Positions 11,601 through 20,887 are shown, counted from the stretch's first letter. The stretch is DNA of 64,000 bases from an uncultured Verrucomicrobiae bacterium (GCA_963755455.1 CAVWJH010000004.1:204948-268947), one strand, 5' to 3'. Notes: generated from the letters alone by a model not told the origin. A program made the numbers and translations.

Positions 11601-12332
11601 ATTCAGCGGCTTTTTCATTTCCGCTTTTCAGGTTTTCCAGAACCGGCAGCCATTCGTCGCGCCAGTCTTCAATCGCGGCGAGCAGCCAGTTTTGCCATTC
11701 AATGGGTTCAGGCGCGGAGAATTTTTGGATTTGTTCCGCGAGCCAGCCGGCGGCGTCGGGGCGCGTTTGCGAATAATGGTGCAGCCGCAAAATGAGCGTG
11801 CGGATTTTTTCGTCGCGGCCGTTGCCGTGAATTTGGATCAAATTTTGGACGGCCGGCGAAAATTCATCTTCGCCTTCGTAATGCGAATTGAAATTGTTCG
11901 TCCAGCGTTTCGTCGGCGAGCTCGCGTCTTCGCCTTCGTCCAGAATGGCGAGCTGCGGGTCGAGGCCGAGTTCGTGAAAATGTTCGCGCACGAGCTTGAG
12001 GCAAAAACCGTGCAGCGTGCCGATGTGCGCGAGCGTCGAACAGCGCCAGTTGTTCGGCGCAATGAGAATCGTCCGGCGACGCGGCGGATTTTTCTTCCAG
12101 TCGCGCGGCGAAGACGCTGGCGCATTTCGGCGGCGGCGGCTTCGGTGAAGGTGACGATGAGCAATTCGTCGAGCGACGCGCGTTCGCGGTCGAGACAATC
12201 GAGGCAGCGGGCGACGAGCGTCTTGGTTTTGCCGGTGCCGGCACCGGCCATGACGAGGACGTTGCCGCGCGCGGCGACCGCCTGCCGTTGGGACGGCGTG
12301 AGCGAATCAGTTTTTTCTGGCGCGGATTCCAT
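8695..12332 (-). pseudogene. AddA-like UvrD-family helicase with a C-terminal PD-(D/E)XK nuclease, heavily disrupted
   Basis: At least seven consecutive minus-strand ORF fragments carry ordered motifs. These are VLVMAGAGTGKTKTLV (Walker A), FVDEYQDIN, LVGDVKQSIYRFR, VRLMSIHQSKGL, MTRARDKLILT, and the nuclease tail GVADLAVLL..WLVDFKTD. An AT-rich insert at about 10306-10335 carries two in-frame stops. Confidence 0.8.
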
Positions 12333-12339
12333 GCGTGCG

Positions 12340-12350
12340 GAAATTTTAGC
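12340..12350. repeat. 11-bp direct repeat GAAATTTTAGC, left of the DUF6884/GIY-YIG pair
   Basis: It matches 13535-13545 perfectly. Confidence 0.5.
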
Positions 12351-12380
12351 CACAGATGAACACAGATGAAACACAGATTT
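12348..12380. repeat. Repeat family D, half copy
   Basis: AGCCACAGATGAACACAGATGAAACACAGATTT, immediately upstream of the addA-like start. Another right-arm half (TGTGTCCATCTGTGGCTGA) lies at 4613-4631. Confidence 0.6.
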
Positions 12381-12485
12381 GTCGTGCTGGCTCAATCTCG
12401 TCGAAATCCGAAGGAGATTGCCGCCCAATTTTTCAGGGCAAACCATCTTGCCATCGCTTGCGTCGTTTGTTAGCACTAGCAAACC

Positions 12486-12914
12486 TTGAAAAAAGTAGTC
12501 CTGATTACCTGCGTTAAGAAAAAGTTGCCTCATAAAGCGAAGGCTGAACATTTATACATCAGTCCTCTTTTTAAGGGCAACTTGCGATATGCCAGAAGCC
12601 TAAAACCTGACAGCATCTTCATCCTTTCGGCGAAGCACGGGCTGCTCGAACTGGGCAGGGAAATTGAGCATTACAATTCCACGCTCAAGGATATGTCGGT
12701 TGTTCAGGTCAGAGCATGGGCTGACAATGTGCTTGAACAACTCAAACGACAAGCAGATTTACAAAATGACCATTTCATCTTTCTTGCTGGTGAAAAGTAT
12801 CGAAAATTTCTCTTGCCACATTTGAAATCTTTTGAAGTGCCATTTCAAGGAATGTCATTTGGCAAACAACTTCAATATCTTGCGAATCAAACGCATGAGC
12901 CAAATGTGCCATAA
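12486..12914 (+). CDS. DUF6884-like protein of unknown function
   Basis: TTG start. KKVVLITCVKKK...HLYISPLF...IFILSAKHGLL...IFLAGEKY...PFQGMSFGKQLQYL matches my recollection of the DUF6884 family. The gene is AT-rich relative to its flanks. Confidence 0.6.
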   Translation: MKKVVLITCVKKKLPHKAKAEHLYISPLFKGNLRYARSLKPDSIFILSAKHGLLELGREIEHYNSTLKDMSVVQVRAWADNVLEQLKRQADLQNDHFIFLAGEKYRKFLLPHLKSFEVPFQGMSFGKQLQYLANQTHEPNVP

Positions 12915-13536
12915 TCTACATCTTCTTTTTTCAGGACTCTCCCAATTTGCATTTCCCTTTGACGCAAATAGAATCCCCCGAAACGGGATTTATATTCTTT
13001 TTGAAAAGGGTGAGTTCGCTCACAAAACGGACAGGATTGTCCGAGTTGGGACTCACACCGGAAGCAACCAATTGCCATCACGATTGAAACAGCACTCTAT
13101 CAAGGAAAATAAGGATCGAAGTATTTTTCGGAAAAATATAGGCCGGGCAATTCTGAGCAAGGATCAAGATGCTTTTCTTGAACAGTGGGAAATTGACCTG
13201 ACTACAAGAAATGCCAGACAAAAGCATGGGGGGAAAATTGACCGGCGAAAGCTCGTGGAAACAGAGAAACGGGTTACAGAATACATCCGGCAGAATTTCC
13301 GTTTTGTCGCGTTCAGAGTTGATGATAAGTCACAGCGATTACACTGGGAGTCAAAAATAATTTCCACCGTTTCTCGATGTGATGAATGTCGCCCGTCACA
13401 AAATTGGCTTGGGTTACATTCACCCAAAAAGAAAATCCAAGAGAGTGGGCTTTGGCTTGTCAACGAGCTTTACACACAGCCTTTGTCTGAAAGTGATTGC
13501 GAGTTGTTGAAAATAGCCGTCTTGAGCACGGCATGA
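12895..13536 (+). CDS. GIY-YIG nuclease family protein
   Basis: NGIYILFEKGE...RIVRVGTHTG..LPSRLKQH...SIFRKNIGRAIL is a GIY-YIG core. The C-terminal CDECRPSQNWLGLHS..ESGLW region recurs in this family. An ATG at 12895 or 12904 overlaps the stop of the upstream gene (12912-12914). Confidence 0.75.
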   Translation: MSQMCHNLHLLFSGLSQFAFPFDANRIPRNGIYILFEKGEFAHKTDRIVRVGTHTGSNQLPSRLKQHSIKENKDRSIFRKNIGRAILSKDQDAFLEQWEIDLTTRNARQKHGGKIDRRKLVETEKRVTEYIRQNFRFVAFRVDDKSQRLHWESKIISTVSRCDECRPSQNWLGLHSPKKKIQESGLWLVNELYTQPLSESDCELLKIAVLSTA

Positions 13537-13545
13537 AATTTTAGC
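13535..13545. repeat. 11-bp direct repeat GAAATTTTAGC, right of the DUF6884/GIY-YIG pair
   Basis: It matches 12340-12350 perfectly and overlaps the GIY-YIG stop codon. Confidence 0.5.
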
Positions 13546-13589
13546 TTCTTCTTCAATGTTTTCATTTTGAATTCGATTGCAAATCGCTT

Positions 13590-14360
13590 ATGTCTCAAAA
13601 TCTTCGACTTAAAGACCAGCCGGTGAGCGAGCGTCCGCGCGAACGGCTCGTGGCGCGCGGGCCGGATGCGCTGACGCACGCGGAGTTGATCGCGATTCTG
13701 CTGCGGACGGGCTTGCAGGGCGCGAACGTCGTTCAAGTCGCGCAAAACATTTTGCAGAAGTTCGGCTCGTTGAACGCGCTGGCGCTGGCGACGGTGGACG
13801 AGTTGAAGCAGATTGCCGGCGTCGGCCCGGACAAGGCGGCGACGCTGGTGGCGGCGTTCGCGCTGGCGCGGCGGATGGAGCAGGAGCGGCGCGAGGAATC
13901 GCCGGTGCTGGACAATCCGGTGACGGTCGTGAACTTCATGCGCGAAGAGAACCGGCTGGAAAATGTGGAATCGTTTCTGGCGCTGCTGCTCAACGTGCGG
14001 AAAAAACTGATCCGCGTGGAGAAAATTTCCCACGGTTTGCTGGACACGATTTTAGTTCATCCGCGTGAAGTTTTTCGCGCGGCGATTGCGGCGAACGCGG
14101 CGGGAATTGTTTTGGTTCACAATCATCCGAGCGGCGACCCGACGCCGAGCGACGCGGACATCAAGGTGACGCGGGATTTGATCCGCGCCGGGCAGCTTTT
14201 GAAAATCGAGGTGGTGGATCACGTCATCATCGGCCGCGCGACGGCGGAGCGGGCGAAGGATTATTCGTCGTTGCGCGAGCTGGGATATTTTCATGCTGTG
14301 AAGGAACATCCGTTACACCGTGAATCGTTGGATTGTTGCGCCAACAAAGACTGGATTTAA
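13590..14360 (+). CDS. radC: RadC-family JAB-domain protein
   Basis: RPRERL...GPDALTHAELIAILLRTG, the helix-hairpin-helix ELKQIAGVGPDKA, and the JAMM motif LVHNHPSGDPTPSDAD. Confidence 0.85.
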   Translation: MSQNLRLKDQPVSERPRERLVARGPDALTHAELIAILLRTGLQGANVVQVAQNILQKFGSLNALALATVDELKQIAGVGPDKAATLVAAFALARRMEQERREESPVLDNPVTVVNFMREENRLENVESFLALLLNVRKKLIRVEKISHGLLDTILVHPREVFRAAIAANAAGIVLVHNHPSGDPTPSDADIKVTRDLIRAGQLLKIEVVDHVIIGRATAERAKDYSSLRELGYFHAVKEHPLHRESLDCCANKDWI

Positions 14361-14388
14361 CAGTGCAACAATGCGACGATGTGGCGAA

Positions 14389-15189
14389 ATGATTCACAAA
14401 ACAGCGATCATTCATCCGAAGGCGAAGCTGGACGCGACCGTCCAGGTCGGTGCGTATTCCGTGATTGATGAGGGCGTGGAAATCGGCGCGCATTGCGTCA
14501 TCGGGCCTCACACTTATTTCACGGGCAACACAAAAATCGGATCGCACAATCAATTCCACGCCGGCTGCGTCATCGGCGACGCGCCGCAGGACACCAAATA
14601 CAAGGGCGAGCCGACGCGCCTCCGCATCGGCGACCACAATGTTTTCCGCGAACATTTCACGGCGCACCGCTCAACCACGATGGACGGGGAGACGGTCATC
14701 GGCTCGCACAATTTTTTCATGGCCAGCTCGCACGTCGGTCACAACGCCGTCGTCGGCGACCACGTCATCCTGGTGAACGGCGCGCTGCTGGGCGGGCACG
14801 CGCGGTGTTTGACCGCGCGTTCATTTCCGGCAACTGCCTCGTGCATCAGTTTTGCAGCGTCGGCACGCTGGCGATGATGCAGGGCGGCGCGAGCGTCACC
14901 CAGGATTTGCCGCCGTTCACGACGGCGGCATACGGCGTCAACAAGCTGTGCGGGCTGAACATCGTGGGATTGCGGCGCGCGGGCTTCACGCCGGAGCAGC
15001 GGCTGGAATTGAAAAAAATCTACCACCTGATTTTCCGCCGCAAAAATCACTTGGCTGCGGCAATCGAAGATGTGCGGAAAAAATTCTCCAGCCATGAGGC
15101 GAAAGACCATCGTGGATTTCGTCGTCAGGTCAAAACGCGGCGTCTGCACGGGAACGACGCGTTCGATCACCCAGACCAAGGATGAATAG
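14389..15189 (+). pseudogene. lpxA: Acyl-ACP--UDP-GlcNAc O-acyltransferase LpxA; two frame breaks (about 14804 and about 15100), probably assembly indels
   Basis: MIHKTAIIHPKAKL followed by hexapeptide repeats in ORF 14320. It continues as VFDRAFISGNCLVHQFCSVGTLAMMQGGASVTQDLPPF in ORF 14493. The tail AKTIVDFVVRSKRGVC is in the third frame. Confidence 0.85.
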
Positions 15190-15197
15190 GCCAAGCC

Positions 15198-15695
15198 ATG
15201 TATAAAATCATCGGACAGGACGGAAAAGAATACGGGCCGGCCACCGCCGCACAGTTGCGGCAGTGGATTGCGGAAAACCGCGTCGAAAGCCGGACGCCGG
15301 TTTTCGCGGACGGCGCGAAGGACTGGACTTTCGTCGGGCTGCTGCCGGAATTCGCCGGGCTGTTTCCAGCAGGTGCGCCGCAAGTTCCGCCGCCGATTTC
15401 TGGAACTTCTACTGCGGGGCAAACCGGAAGGACAAATTCCCTTGCGATCACCGGTTTTGTTTGCGGCATTTTGTCGCTGACACTTTGCTGGTGTTGTGGC
15501 GGATTTCCATTCAACGTCCTCGGACTGATTTTTTCCATCGTCGTGCTTTTGCAGATCAATGAAAATCCGCAGCTTCATGGCGGGCGCGGCCTCGCCATCG
15601 CCGGGATCATTTTGACCGCCGCCAGCTTCCTGATTTTTCTGGTGTTGCTGTCATCAGGGCACGCGCACGTCAACATCAACAACGGACATTTTTGA
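15198..15695 (+). CDS. GYF_2 (DUF4339) plus DUF4190 membrane protein
   Basis: MYKIIGQDGKEYGPATAAQLRQWIAENRV..TPVFADGAKDWTFVGLLPEF is a GYF-like domain. The C-terminal Cys-rich TM region resembles DUF4190. Confidence 0.6.
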   Translation: MYKIIGQDGKEYGPATAAQLRQWIAENRVESRTPVFADGAKDWTFVGLLPEFAGLFPAGAPQVPPPISGTSTAGQTGRTNSLAITGFVCGILSLTLCWCCGGFPFNVLGLIFSIVVLLQINENPQLHGGRGLAIAGIILTAASFLIFLVLLSSGHAHVNINNGHF

Positions 15696-15704
15696 CCCGA
15701 AACC

Positions 15705-16148
15705 ATGCCCGCCGCGTCACAGGCCGTTCCGCCGAAAATTAGAAGCGCCCCGCCGCCGTCGCTGGCGGTTTTCACGGGCGTCGTTTTGGGAATGGCGATT
15801 GTCGGCGCGAGCGCGGTCATTTTTTTCTTCAATCCCGGCACAAACGGCTTTTATCCCGAATGTCAGTTCCACAAAGTGACCGGCTTGAACTGTCCCGGCT
15901 GCGGCGCGACGCGCGCTCTTTACGAACTGTTGCACGGAAATCTTCCACTCGCGTTGAAGGACAACGCGCTTTTCATTTTATCGCTCTCGGCTCTGGCGGT
16001 GCGCGGCGCGTGGTGCGCGGCGAGGCAATTTTTCCGCAAACCCGCCCGACCATTTCTTCCGCCTTCAATCTTGTGGAGATTCCTTGCCATCGCGCTGGTT
16101 TTCACGGTGGTCAGAAATTTGCCGGGATTTGAATGGCTTTCGCCATAG
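15705..16148 (+). CDS. DUF2752 domain membrane protein
   Basis: CQFHKVTGLNCPGCGATRALYELLHG is the DUF2752 signature, with flanking TM helices. Confidence 0.6.
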   Translation: MPAASQAVPPKIRSAPPPSLAVFTGVVLGMAIVGASAVIFFFNPGTNGFYPECQFHKVTGLNCPGCGATRALYELLHGNLPLALKDNALFILSLSALAVRGAWCAARQFFRKPARPFLPPSILWRFLAIALVFTVVRNLPGFEWLSP

Positions 16149-16326
16149 GAACACGGACAACTTGAAACAGGTTAATTAACACTTCGGAAATGACTGCCGG
16201 CATGGAAGAAATTTTCAATCGAATCGGAAAGACATCTGGAAAACATGAAGCCGGAATTTTGGAGCGATGAATCCCCGCCACCGAATTTGTTTTTCCATCC
16301 GGCATTCTTCCTTCATCATTTTCCCG

Positions 16327-17007
16327 ATGACGCCGCCCAACGCAGAACTGCTCCGCTCGCTTGGCAAACTTGTGCGCGGACTGTCCGCGCTGTTCTGGGG
16401 ACTGCCTGCGTCGCTGATCATCTGCGCGGAAACGGCGCGGATTGAATTGCTCAAACCCGTCGGCATCGTCCCCGCGCTCGTCGTGAACGGGCTTCTGCTC
16501 TTCGGCCTCTGGCAGATGGGCGATTTTCAAAAACAGGAGCGTCCGTGGCGCAACGCGCTCGACCGCGCGAAACTGCTCGGCCTTGTCAACCTCGGCCTCT
16601 CGCCGTTTTTGTTCTGGTTCAGCCGGATGCCCGAACAGCCGTTCTTTCGCGACGCAATTTTCGTTTTGATTCTGTCCGCGCTGCTGTTTCTGTTCAACCT
16701 GAACGTGGTTCTCAAACAGCTCGGCGCGATGCTGCCGGACGAAACATTGCGACATGAAACGCGTCAATTCACCTTGCTCAACCGCTGGCTGCTCGTGGGC
16801 TGGCTGGTTTTCGTCGGCGCTGCCATCGCCGTTCCGCAGATTTTTGACCTGCCGGCGCTGTTCAGTCCGACAATTGTATCATGGATTCAACGCGCGGAAA
16901 TCGCCGGCGTGCTTTTCCTCGGCCTTGCGCCGCTCGCGATCACGATGGCGCTGATCTGGAAGACCAAGGAAACCATCCTCGACGGCGTTTTCGGTTCGCG
17001 GAATTGA
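16327..17007 (+). CDS. Multi-pass membrane protein, hypothetical
   Basis: Several hydrophobic helices. The opposite-strand ORF 16111..16767 is Arg/Gln-rich and looks like an antisense shadow. Confidence 0.45.
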   Translation: MTPPNAELLRSLGKLVRGLSALFWGLPASLIICAETARIELLKPVGIVPALVVNGLLLFGLWQMGDFQKQERPWRNALDRAKLLGLVNLGLSPFLFWFSRMPEQPFFRDAIFVLILSALLFLFNLNVVLKQLGAMLPDETLRHETRQFTLLNRWLLVGWLVFVGAAIAVPQIFDLPALFSPTIVSWIQRAEIAGVLFLGLAPLAITMALIWKTKETILDGVFGSRN

Positions 17008-17086
17008 TTTGAAGCGCGCCCGTTCACTTCGGGCGGTGAAATATTTTTAATCCCGGCGGAATCGTGTTTGGCTGACTGTAAATGAA

Positions 17087-17800
17087 TCAGGCGTGACTGG
17101 CGGCGGATTGCCCGCGCCAGATGCCGGCTCCGCAAATGCCAAGAAGTCCGAAGGCGGAAATCAAGCCCCACCCGGCGGGTTCGGGAATGGGCGCGATGCA
17201 AGCGTCTGCGTTAAATTGGATGTTGTCGAAGTGATCGCTGCCAGTCGAAGATGTGGCTCCTTTCAAGATCAGTTCAATTAAAATTGAAGAATCATTGTCA
17301 ATGGCGGAAGAAAAATCCACAGTCGCCGTTGCAAACCCGCCTGAAATTGAAGTGATTGCGGAGCTTGAATTAAATGTCACCCCGCCGTCCGTGCTGTAGC
17401 TCCAATCCTGTTCGTTAAAACCGTAGCTTGATCTGTCAGTGGCGTAAGTGAGCACAAGGTTTTTGTAGCCGGACATATCCAGCGAAAAAATTACTGATTT
17501 CCCATTTTCAACATTGCCTGTCCCGCCCACGATGAAGAGAGATTCGCCGGTTGCGTCACCGGTGATTCTATTAACGCTTGTTCCGCTGGAGGAGCTTCCT
17601 ATGGTTGCATCGGCACTGGAAGCCAAATGAGACAAATCAAGAGATGCTGTGCCAGCCTCTGCGCCACCTGAAGCCGCTATTGGTGTGGGTGACGGAGCGG
17701 CGGGTGTTTGATTAAAATTCCAATCGGCGACCAGATCGGCTCTGGTCAAAAAAGTTGCGCTCATCAGACACAATGTTAATGCGATTTTTTTCATGGTCAT
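17087..17800 (-). CDS. PEP-CTERM sorting-domain secreted protein
   Basis: Signal peptide MTMKKIALTLCLMSATFL. C-terminal PIPEPAGWGLISAFGLLGICGAGIWR (PEP motif, TM helix, basic tail). AT-richer than neighbours. Confidence 0.65.
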   Translation of the reverse strand: MTMKKIALTLCLMSATFLTRADLVADWNFNQTPAAPSPTPIAASGGAEAGTASLDLSHLASSADATIGSSSSGTSVNRITGDATGESLFIVGGTGNVENGKSVIFSLDMSGYKNLVLTYATDRSSYGFNEQDWSYSTDGGVTFNSSSAITSISGGFATATVDFSSAIDNDSSILIELILKGATSSTGSDHFDNIQFNADACIAPIPEPAGWGLISAFGLLGICGAGIWRGQSAASHA

Positions 17801-18105
17801 ATTCTCCTGATAGGATACGTCAGGGTTCACCTGACTTTATTGATTCTGAAACAATCAATTTGATTCAAAGAACACTCATGCAACTTCCAAACTTCCTGCA
17901 AAAAACGCGAATGAAAGGTCATGCAAAGTGTTTTTTTCAACTTGACATTCAGCATCGTTTTTTTCTCAACACCATTTATCTTCAAACAACGGATGGGAAT
18001 ATGCTCACCATTTCTTGCCAAACACCAAGCGTCAAATGCCATGTAAAACTGTGAAATTCTTGCCTGCCATGTGCAATCCCTGCTAACATTACCGTCCTTT
18101 TTCAC

Positions 18106-19482
18106 ATGAAATCAAACGTCCTGTCCAAATTGGGCCGCCGCACCGCGCTGCCGCCGATCTCGTGGCTCATGCAAGCCGCGCTCACGCGGCCAAAACTCAT
18201 TTCTCTCGCCGCCGGGTTCACGGACAACTCCACTTTGCCGGTCGAAATTTCGCGCAAGCTGCTAAATGAAATTTTGCGTTCGCCAAAAACCGGCCAGCCC
18301 GCGCTGCAATACGGCATCACCGCCGGTGAAATGAATTTGCGCGAACTCACGGCGAAACATCTGCACAAATTGGATTCAGAGTCCTCCTCGTCCTCGTCCC
18401 TCGTCCTCGAACAAATATCGAGGACGAGGACGAGAACGAGGGACGAGGCCGAAAAAAACTATTCGCCGGAACGCGTCATCATCACCGGCGGCTCGCAGCA
18501 GTTGCTTTACATGACGCTCGAAGCGCTCTGCGACGAAAGCGACATCATCCTCGTCGAAGACCCGACGTATTTTGTTTTTTTAAGCATCCTTCAAAGTCGC
18601 GGCATCAAGGCGCGCGGCGTGAAATTGGAACGCGATGGGATTGATTTGTCGCATCTCGAAAAAGTTTTGGAACGGCTGAAAAAATCCGGCGAACTCCGCC
18701 GCGTGAAGGCGCTTTATCTCGTCACCTATTTTCAAAACCCGACCGGCGCGACGACTTCACTCGCGAAAAAATCCGCCGCGCTGAAGTTGTTGAAAAAATT
18801 CGGGCGCGCCGCCGGACATCCGATTTATCTGCTCGAAGACGCCGCGTATCGTGAACTGTCTTTTCCCGGTAGGGCTGACCTGCCGGTCAGCCGGGCGGAG
18901 CCGCAGCTCCGCCCTGCCACGCCGCCTACTGCGCTTACGCTGCCCGGCGCGTCGGAGCGTGTGATTTACACCGGCACTTACAGCAAGCCCTACGCGCCCG
19001 GCGCGCGAATCGGCTTCGGCATTTTGCCGGAACCGATTTTCACGACCGTCCAGCACATCAAGGGCAACCATGATTTCGGCTCGGCGAATTTGCTGCAGCA
19101 ACTTTTGGCGCACGCGCTCGAAACCGGACTTTACGACAAACACGTCGCGAAGGTGCAAAAAAATTACGCCCGCAAGGCGCGCGTGATGAAGCTCGCGCTC
19201 GCGGAACATTTTCCGGCCAGCGTGAAGATCTGGGAATCCGGCGGCGGACTTTATTTCTGGGCGCGATTGCCGAAGGGAATTTCCGCCGGCGTGAAATCAA
19301 AAATGTTTCAGACCGCGCTGAAGAACGACGTGCTCTATGTTCCCGGCGAACTCTGCTACGCCGACGATCCGTCGCGCGCCAAACCGGACAACGAAATGCG
19401 CATCAGCTTCGGCAGCGCGAACGAGGAAAACATCCGCAAAGGAATCGCGCGGCTGGGCAAGGTGTTGAAGAAATTTGTTTGA
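18106..19482 (+). CDS. PLP-dependent aminotransferase (class I/II fold) carrying two in-frame repeat insertions
   Basis: LAAGFTD..LQYG...ITGGSQQLLYM...LVEDPTYF...YLVTYFQNPTG...YTGTYSKPYAPGARIGF...MRISFG. Repeat-derived insertions lie at 18381-18448 and 18868-18918. Confidence 0.8.
   Translation: MKSNVLSKLGRRTALPPISWLMQAALTRPKLISLAAGFTDNSTLPVEISRKLLNEILRSPKTGQPALQYGITAGEMNLRELTAKHLHKLDSESSSSSSLVLEQISRTRTRTRDEAEKNYSPERVIITGGSQQLLYMTLEALCDESDIILVEDPTYFVFLSILQSRGIKARGVKLERDGIDLSHLEKVLERLKKSGELRRVKALYLVTYFQNPTGATTSLAKKSAALKLLKKFGRAAGHPIYLLEDAAYRELSFPGRADLPVSRAEPQLRPATPPTALTLPGASERVIYTGTYSKPYAPGARIGFGILPEPIFTTVQHIKGNHDFGSANLLQQLLAHALETGLYDKHVAKVQKNYARKARVMKLALAEHFPASVKIWESGGGLYFWARLPKGISAGVKSKMFQTALKNDVLYVPGELCYADDPSRAKPDNEMRISFGSANEENIRKGIARLGKVLKKFV
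18381..18448. repeat. Hairpin repeat family F (GTCCTCGTCCTCG type) inside the aminotransferase CDS
   Basis: GTCCTCCTCGTCCTCGTCCCTCGTCCTCGA ACAAATA TCGAGGACGAGGACGAGAACGAGGGACGAGG. It is translated as SSSSSSLVLEQISRTRTRTRDE. Confidence 0.8.
18868..18918. repeat. Repeat family C (GGTAGGGC double hairpin) inside the aminotransferase CDS
   Basis: GGTAGGGCTGACCTGCCGGTCAGCC GGGCGGAGCCGCAGCTCCGCCCTGCC. It is 51 bp, exactly 17 codons, translated GRADLPVSRAEPQLRPA. Confidence 0.75.
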
Positions 19483-19518
19483 TTGCCGCAATCGTGGCCG
19501 CAGGCATTGCAGAGAAAC

Positions 19519-20325
19519 TTACCAGTCTTTCCAATCTACAACACTTTTAACCAAGTCTTGGAATTTTGCCGCGTTCAAAATATTTTCAAAAACCTCGAAC
19601 AAGTCATCTCGTTCAACGGTTTCAATGAAATTTTTGTTTTGGGAATCGAATTCGTTAATTTCTTCTATGCACTTTTTGAGTTCTTTACTGACGAAATTTC
19701 GGTCAAGCGGTTTTTCCGCCCCATCCAAAACACGAATGAATGATTGGATTATTTTTTGACAACCATCTTTGGCCGCTTTAGGTGGATAATCATCCCAAGT
19801 TGGAAACAAATCTTTCGCAAGCAATTCTGAAAAAGAAATTGCGGCGAGATATTTAGTGCGCTTCTGAATCGCTTCTTTTCGTTTTGCCAATTCAAGTTCA
19901 TTTTTTGCTGCATCTTCGGCAAGGACAGCCTCGCGCTCATTGTCCCAACGCCATTGCATTAGCGGTTGCTCCGAAAAATTCCATCCGCCATGCCATGTGC
20001 TATCAATTTTTGTATCCTCCGAAAGCACATCAATAACTCCAAGCAGCCGAAATTCTTTTGGGGGTGGCGATGAGACCCAAATGACTTCTGGCACGTTTTT
20101 CCAATTGTGGTGATTTTTTACAAGGATTTTTCGCACTGCGGGATGGTTTAATGGCGGCGGTTCTTTTGAAATCCAGTCAGAAACAGCAACAAGAGCTACC
20201 GGAATTTCTTTCAACTCTTTTCGTATAACACGACAAACACCTACGCGTCCGCCTTCCGGCGGCATTACAAATACAGTTCCAGCTTCTGGAAAATCTTCGA
20301 GCTTGTATTTTTTACGACGTGCCAT
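19519..20325 (-). CDS. Hypothetical protein in an AT-rich accessory islet
   Basis: Intact 268-aa ORF with no recognisable domain. It is visibly AT-richer than the flanking aminotransferase gene. Confidence 0.5.
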   Translation of the reverse strand: MARRKKYKLEDFPEAGTVFVMPPEGGRVGVCRVIRKELKEIPVALVAVSDWISKEPPPLNHPAVRKILVKNHHNWKNVPEVIWVSSPPPKEFRLLGVIDVLSEDTKIDSTWHGGWNFSEQPLMQWRWDNEREAVLAEDAAKNELELAKRKEAIQKRTKYLAAISFSELLAKDLFPTWDDYPPKAAKDGCQKIIQSFIRVLDGAEKPLDRNFVSKELKKCIEEINEFDSQNKNFIETVERDDLFEVFENILNAAKFQDLVKSVVDWKDW

Positions 20326-20367
20326 ATTAAAATATCTTGCCCGTTAATTTTTCGCACGCCAGCGCGA

Positions 20368-20399
20368 ATTCAACCCGGCGGCCTGGCCATGTGGCGTCC
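20368..20399. repeat. 32-bp direct repeat, copy 1, flanking hicAB
   Basis: ATTCAACCCGGCGGCCTGGCCATGTGGCGTCC differs at 2 of 32 positions from 20888-20919. The minus strand encodes GGRHMARPPG-stop, a HIT-protein tail. Confidence 0.85.
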
Positions 20400-20407
20400 T
20401 CCGTAAA

Positions 20408-20623
20408 TCATAAATCTTCCGGTTCAAGTCCGGTTCGTTTGGCGATGCGGGAAAGCATTTTCGGCCCGATTTCTTCGCCGTCGTGAAATGCAAAAACAAA
20501 ATCCGGCCAGCCTTCCCGCGCAAGTATCCGATGAGATGTGCCGCGCTGTCGTTTGATTGTCCAACCGATGCCAAGCAGCGCAGCCAAAACCTGACGGGAC
20601 TTGCGCGAACCCCATTGGCTCAT
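20408..20623 (-). CDS. hicA: Type II toxin HicA
   Basis: 71 aa. SRKSRQVLAALLGIGWTIKRQRGTSHRIL...HDGEEIGPKMLSRIAKRTGL matches the HicA/YcfA pattern. Confidence 0.8.
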   Translation of the reverse strand: MSQWGSRKSRQVLAALLGIGWTIKRQRGTSHRILAREGWPDFVFAFHDGEEIGPKMLSRIAKRTGLEPEDL

Positions 20624-20823
20624 GCGATGGAAAATAATTCGTCGCCGGCGGGAACCGGCTCGCCGTGTTCAAAACGGTCGGCCAGCACGCGCAGCGCGAG
20701 CGCCTTGGCTTTGGCCAGCGCGTCCGTCCGGGTTTTTCCATAAGCCATGCAGCCGGGCAGTTCCATGACTTCGGCAATCCAGCGGTTGTCCGCTTCGCGC
20801 TCCAGTTCGATTTTCAGATTCAC
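20620..20823 (-). CDS. hicB: Antitoxin HicB (UPF0150-like), GTG start
   Basis: VNLKIELEREADNRWIAEVMELPGCMAYGKTRTDALAKAKALALRVLADRFEHGEP. It overlaps the hicA start by 4 nt. The start codon is inferred. Confidence 0.6.
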   Translation of the reverse strand: MNLKIELEREADNRWIAEVMELPGCMAYGKTRTDALAKAKALALRVLADRFEHGEPVPAGDELFSIA

Positions 20824-20887
20824 GCTTTGATGGTAATTCAAATTTCTGAAATTGTCGAATTCAAACCGCCATCTCCGATTCAACCCG

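Noticed and set aside
14780-15120. Programmed ribosomal frameshifting as the explanation for split housekeeping genes (lpxA, hflX, tal).
   Set aside because: There are no slippery heptamer or stimulatory structure patterns. The resolved junctions are simple homopolymer length changes, and these genes are not known to use recoding.
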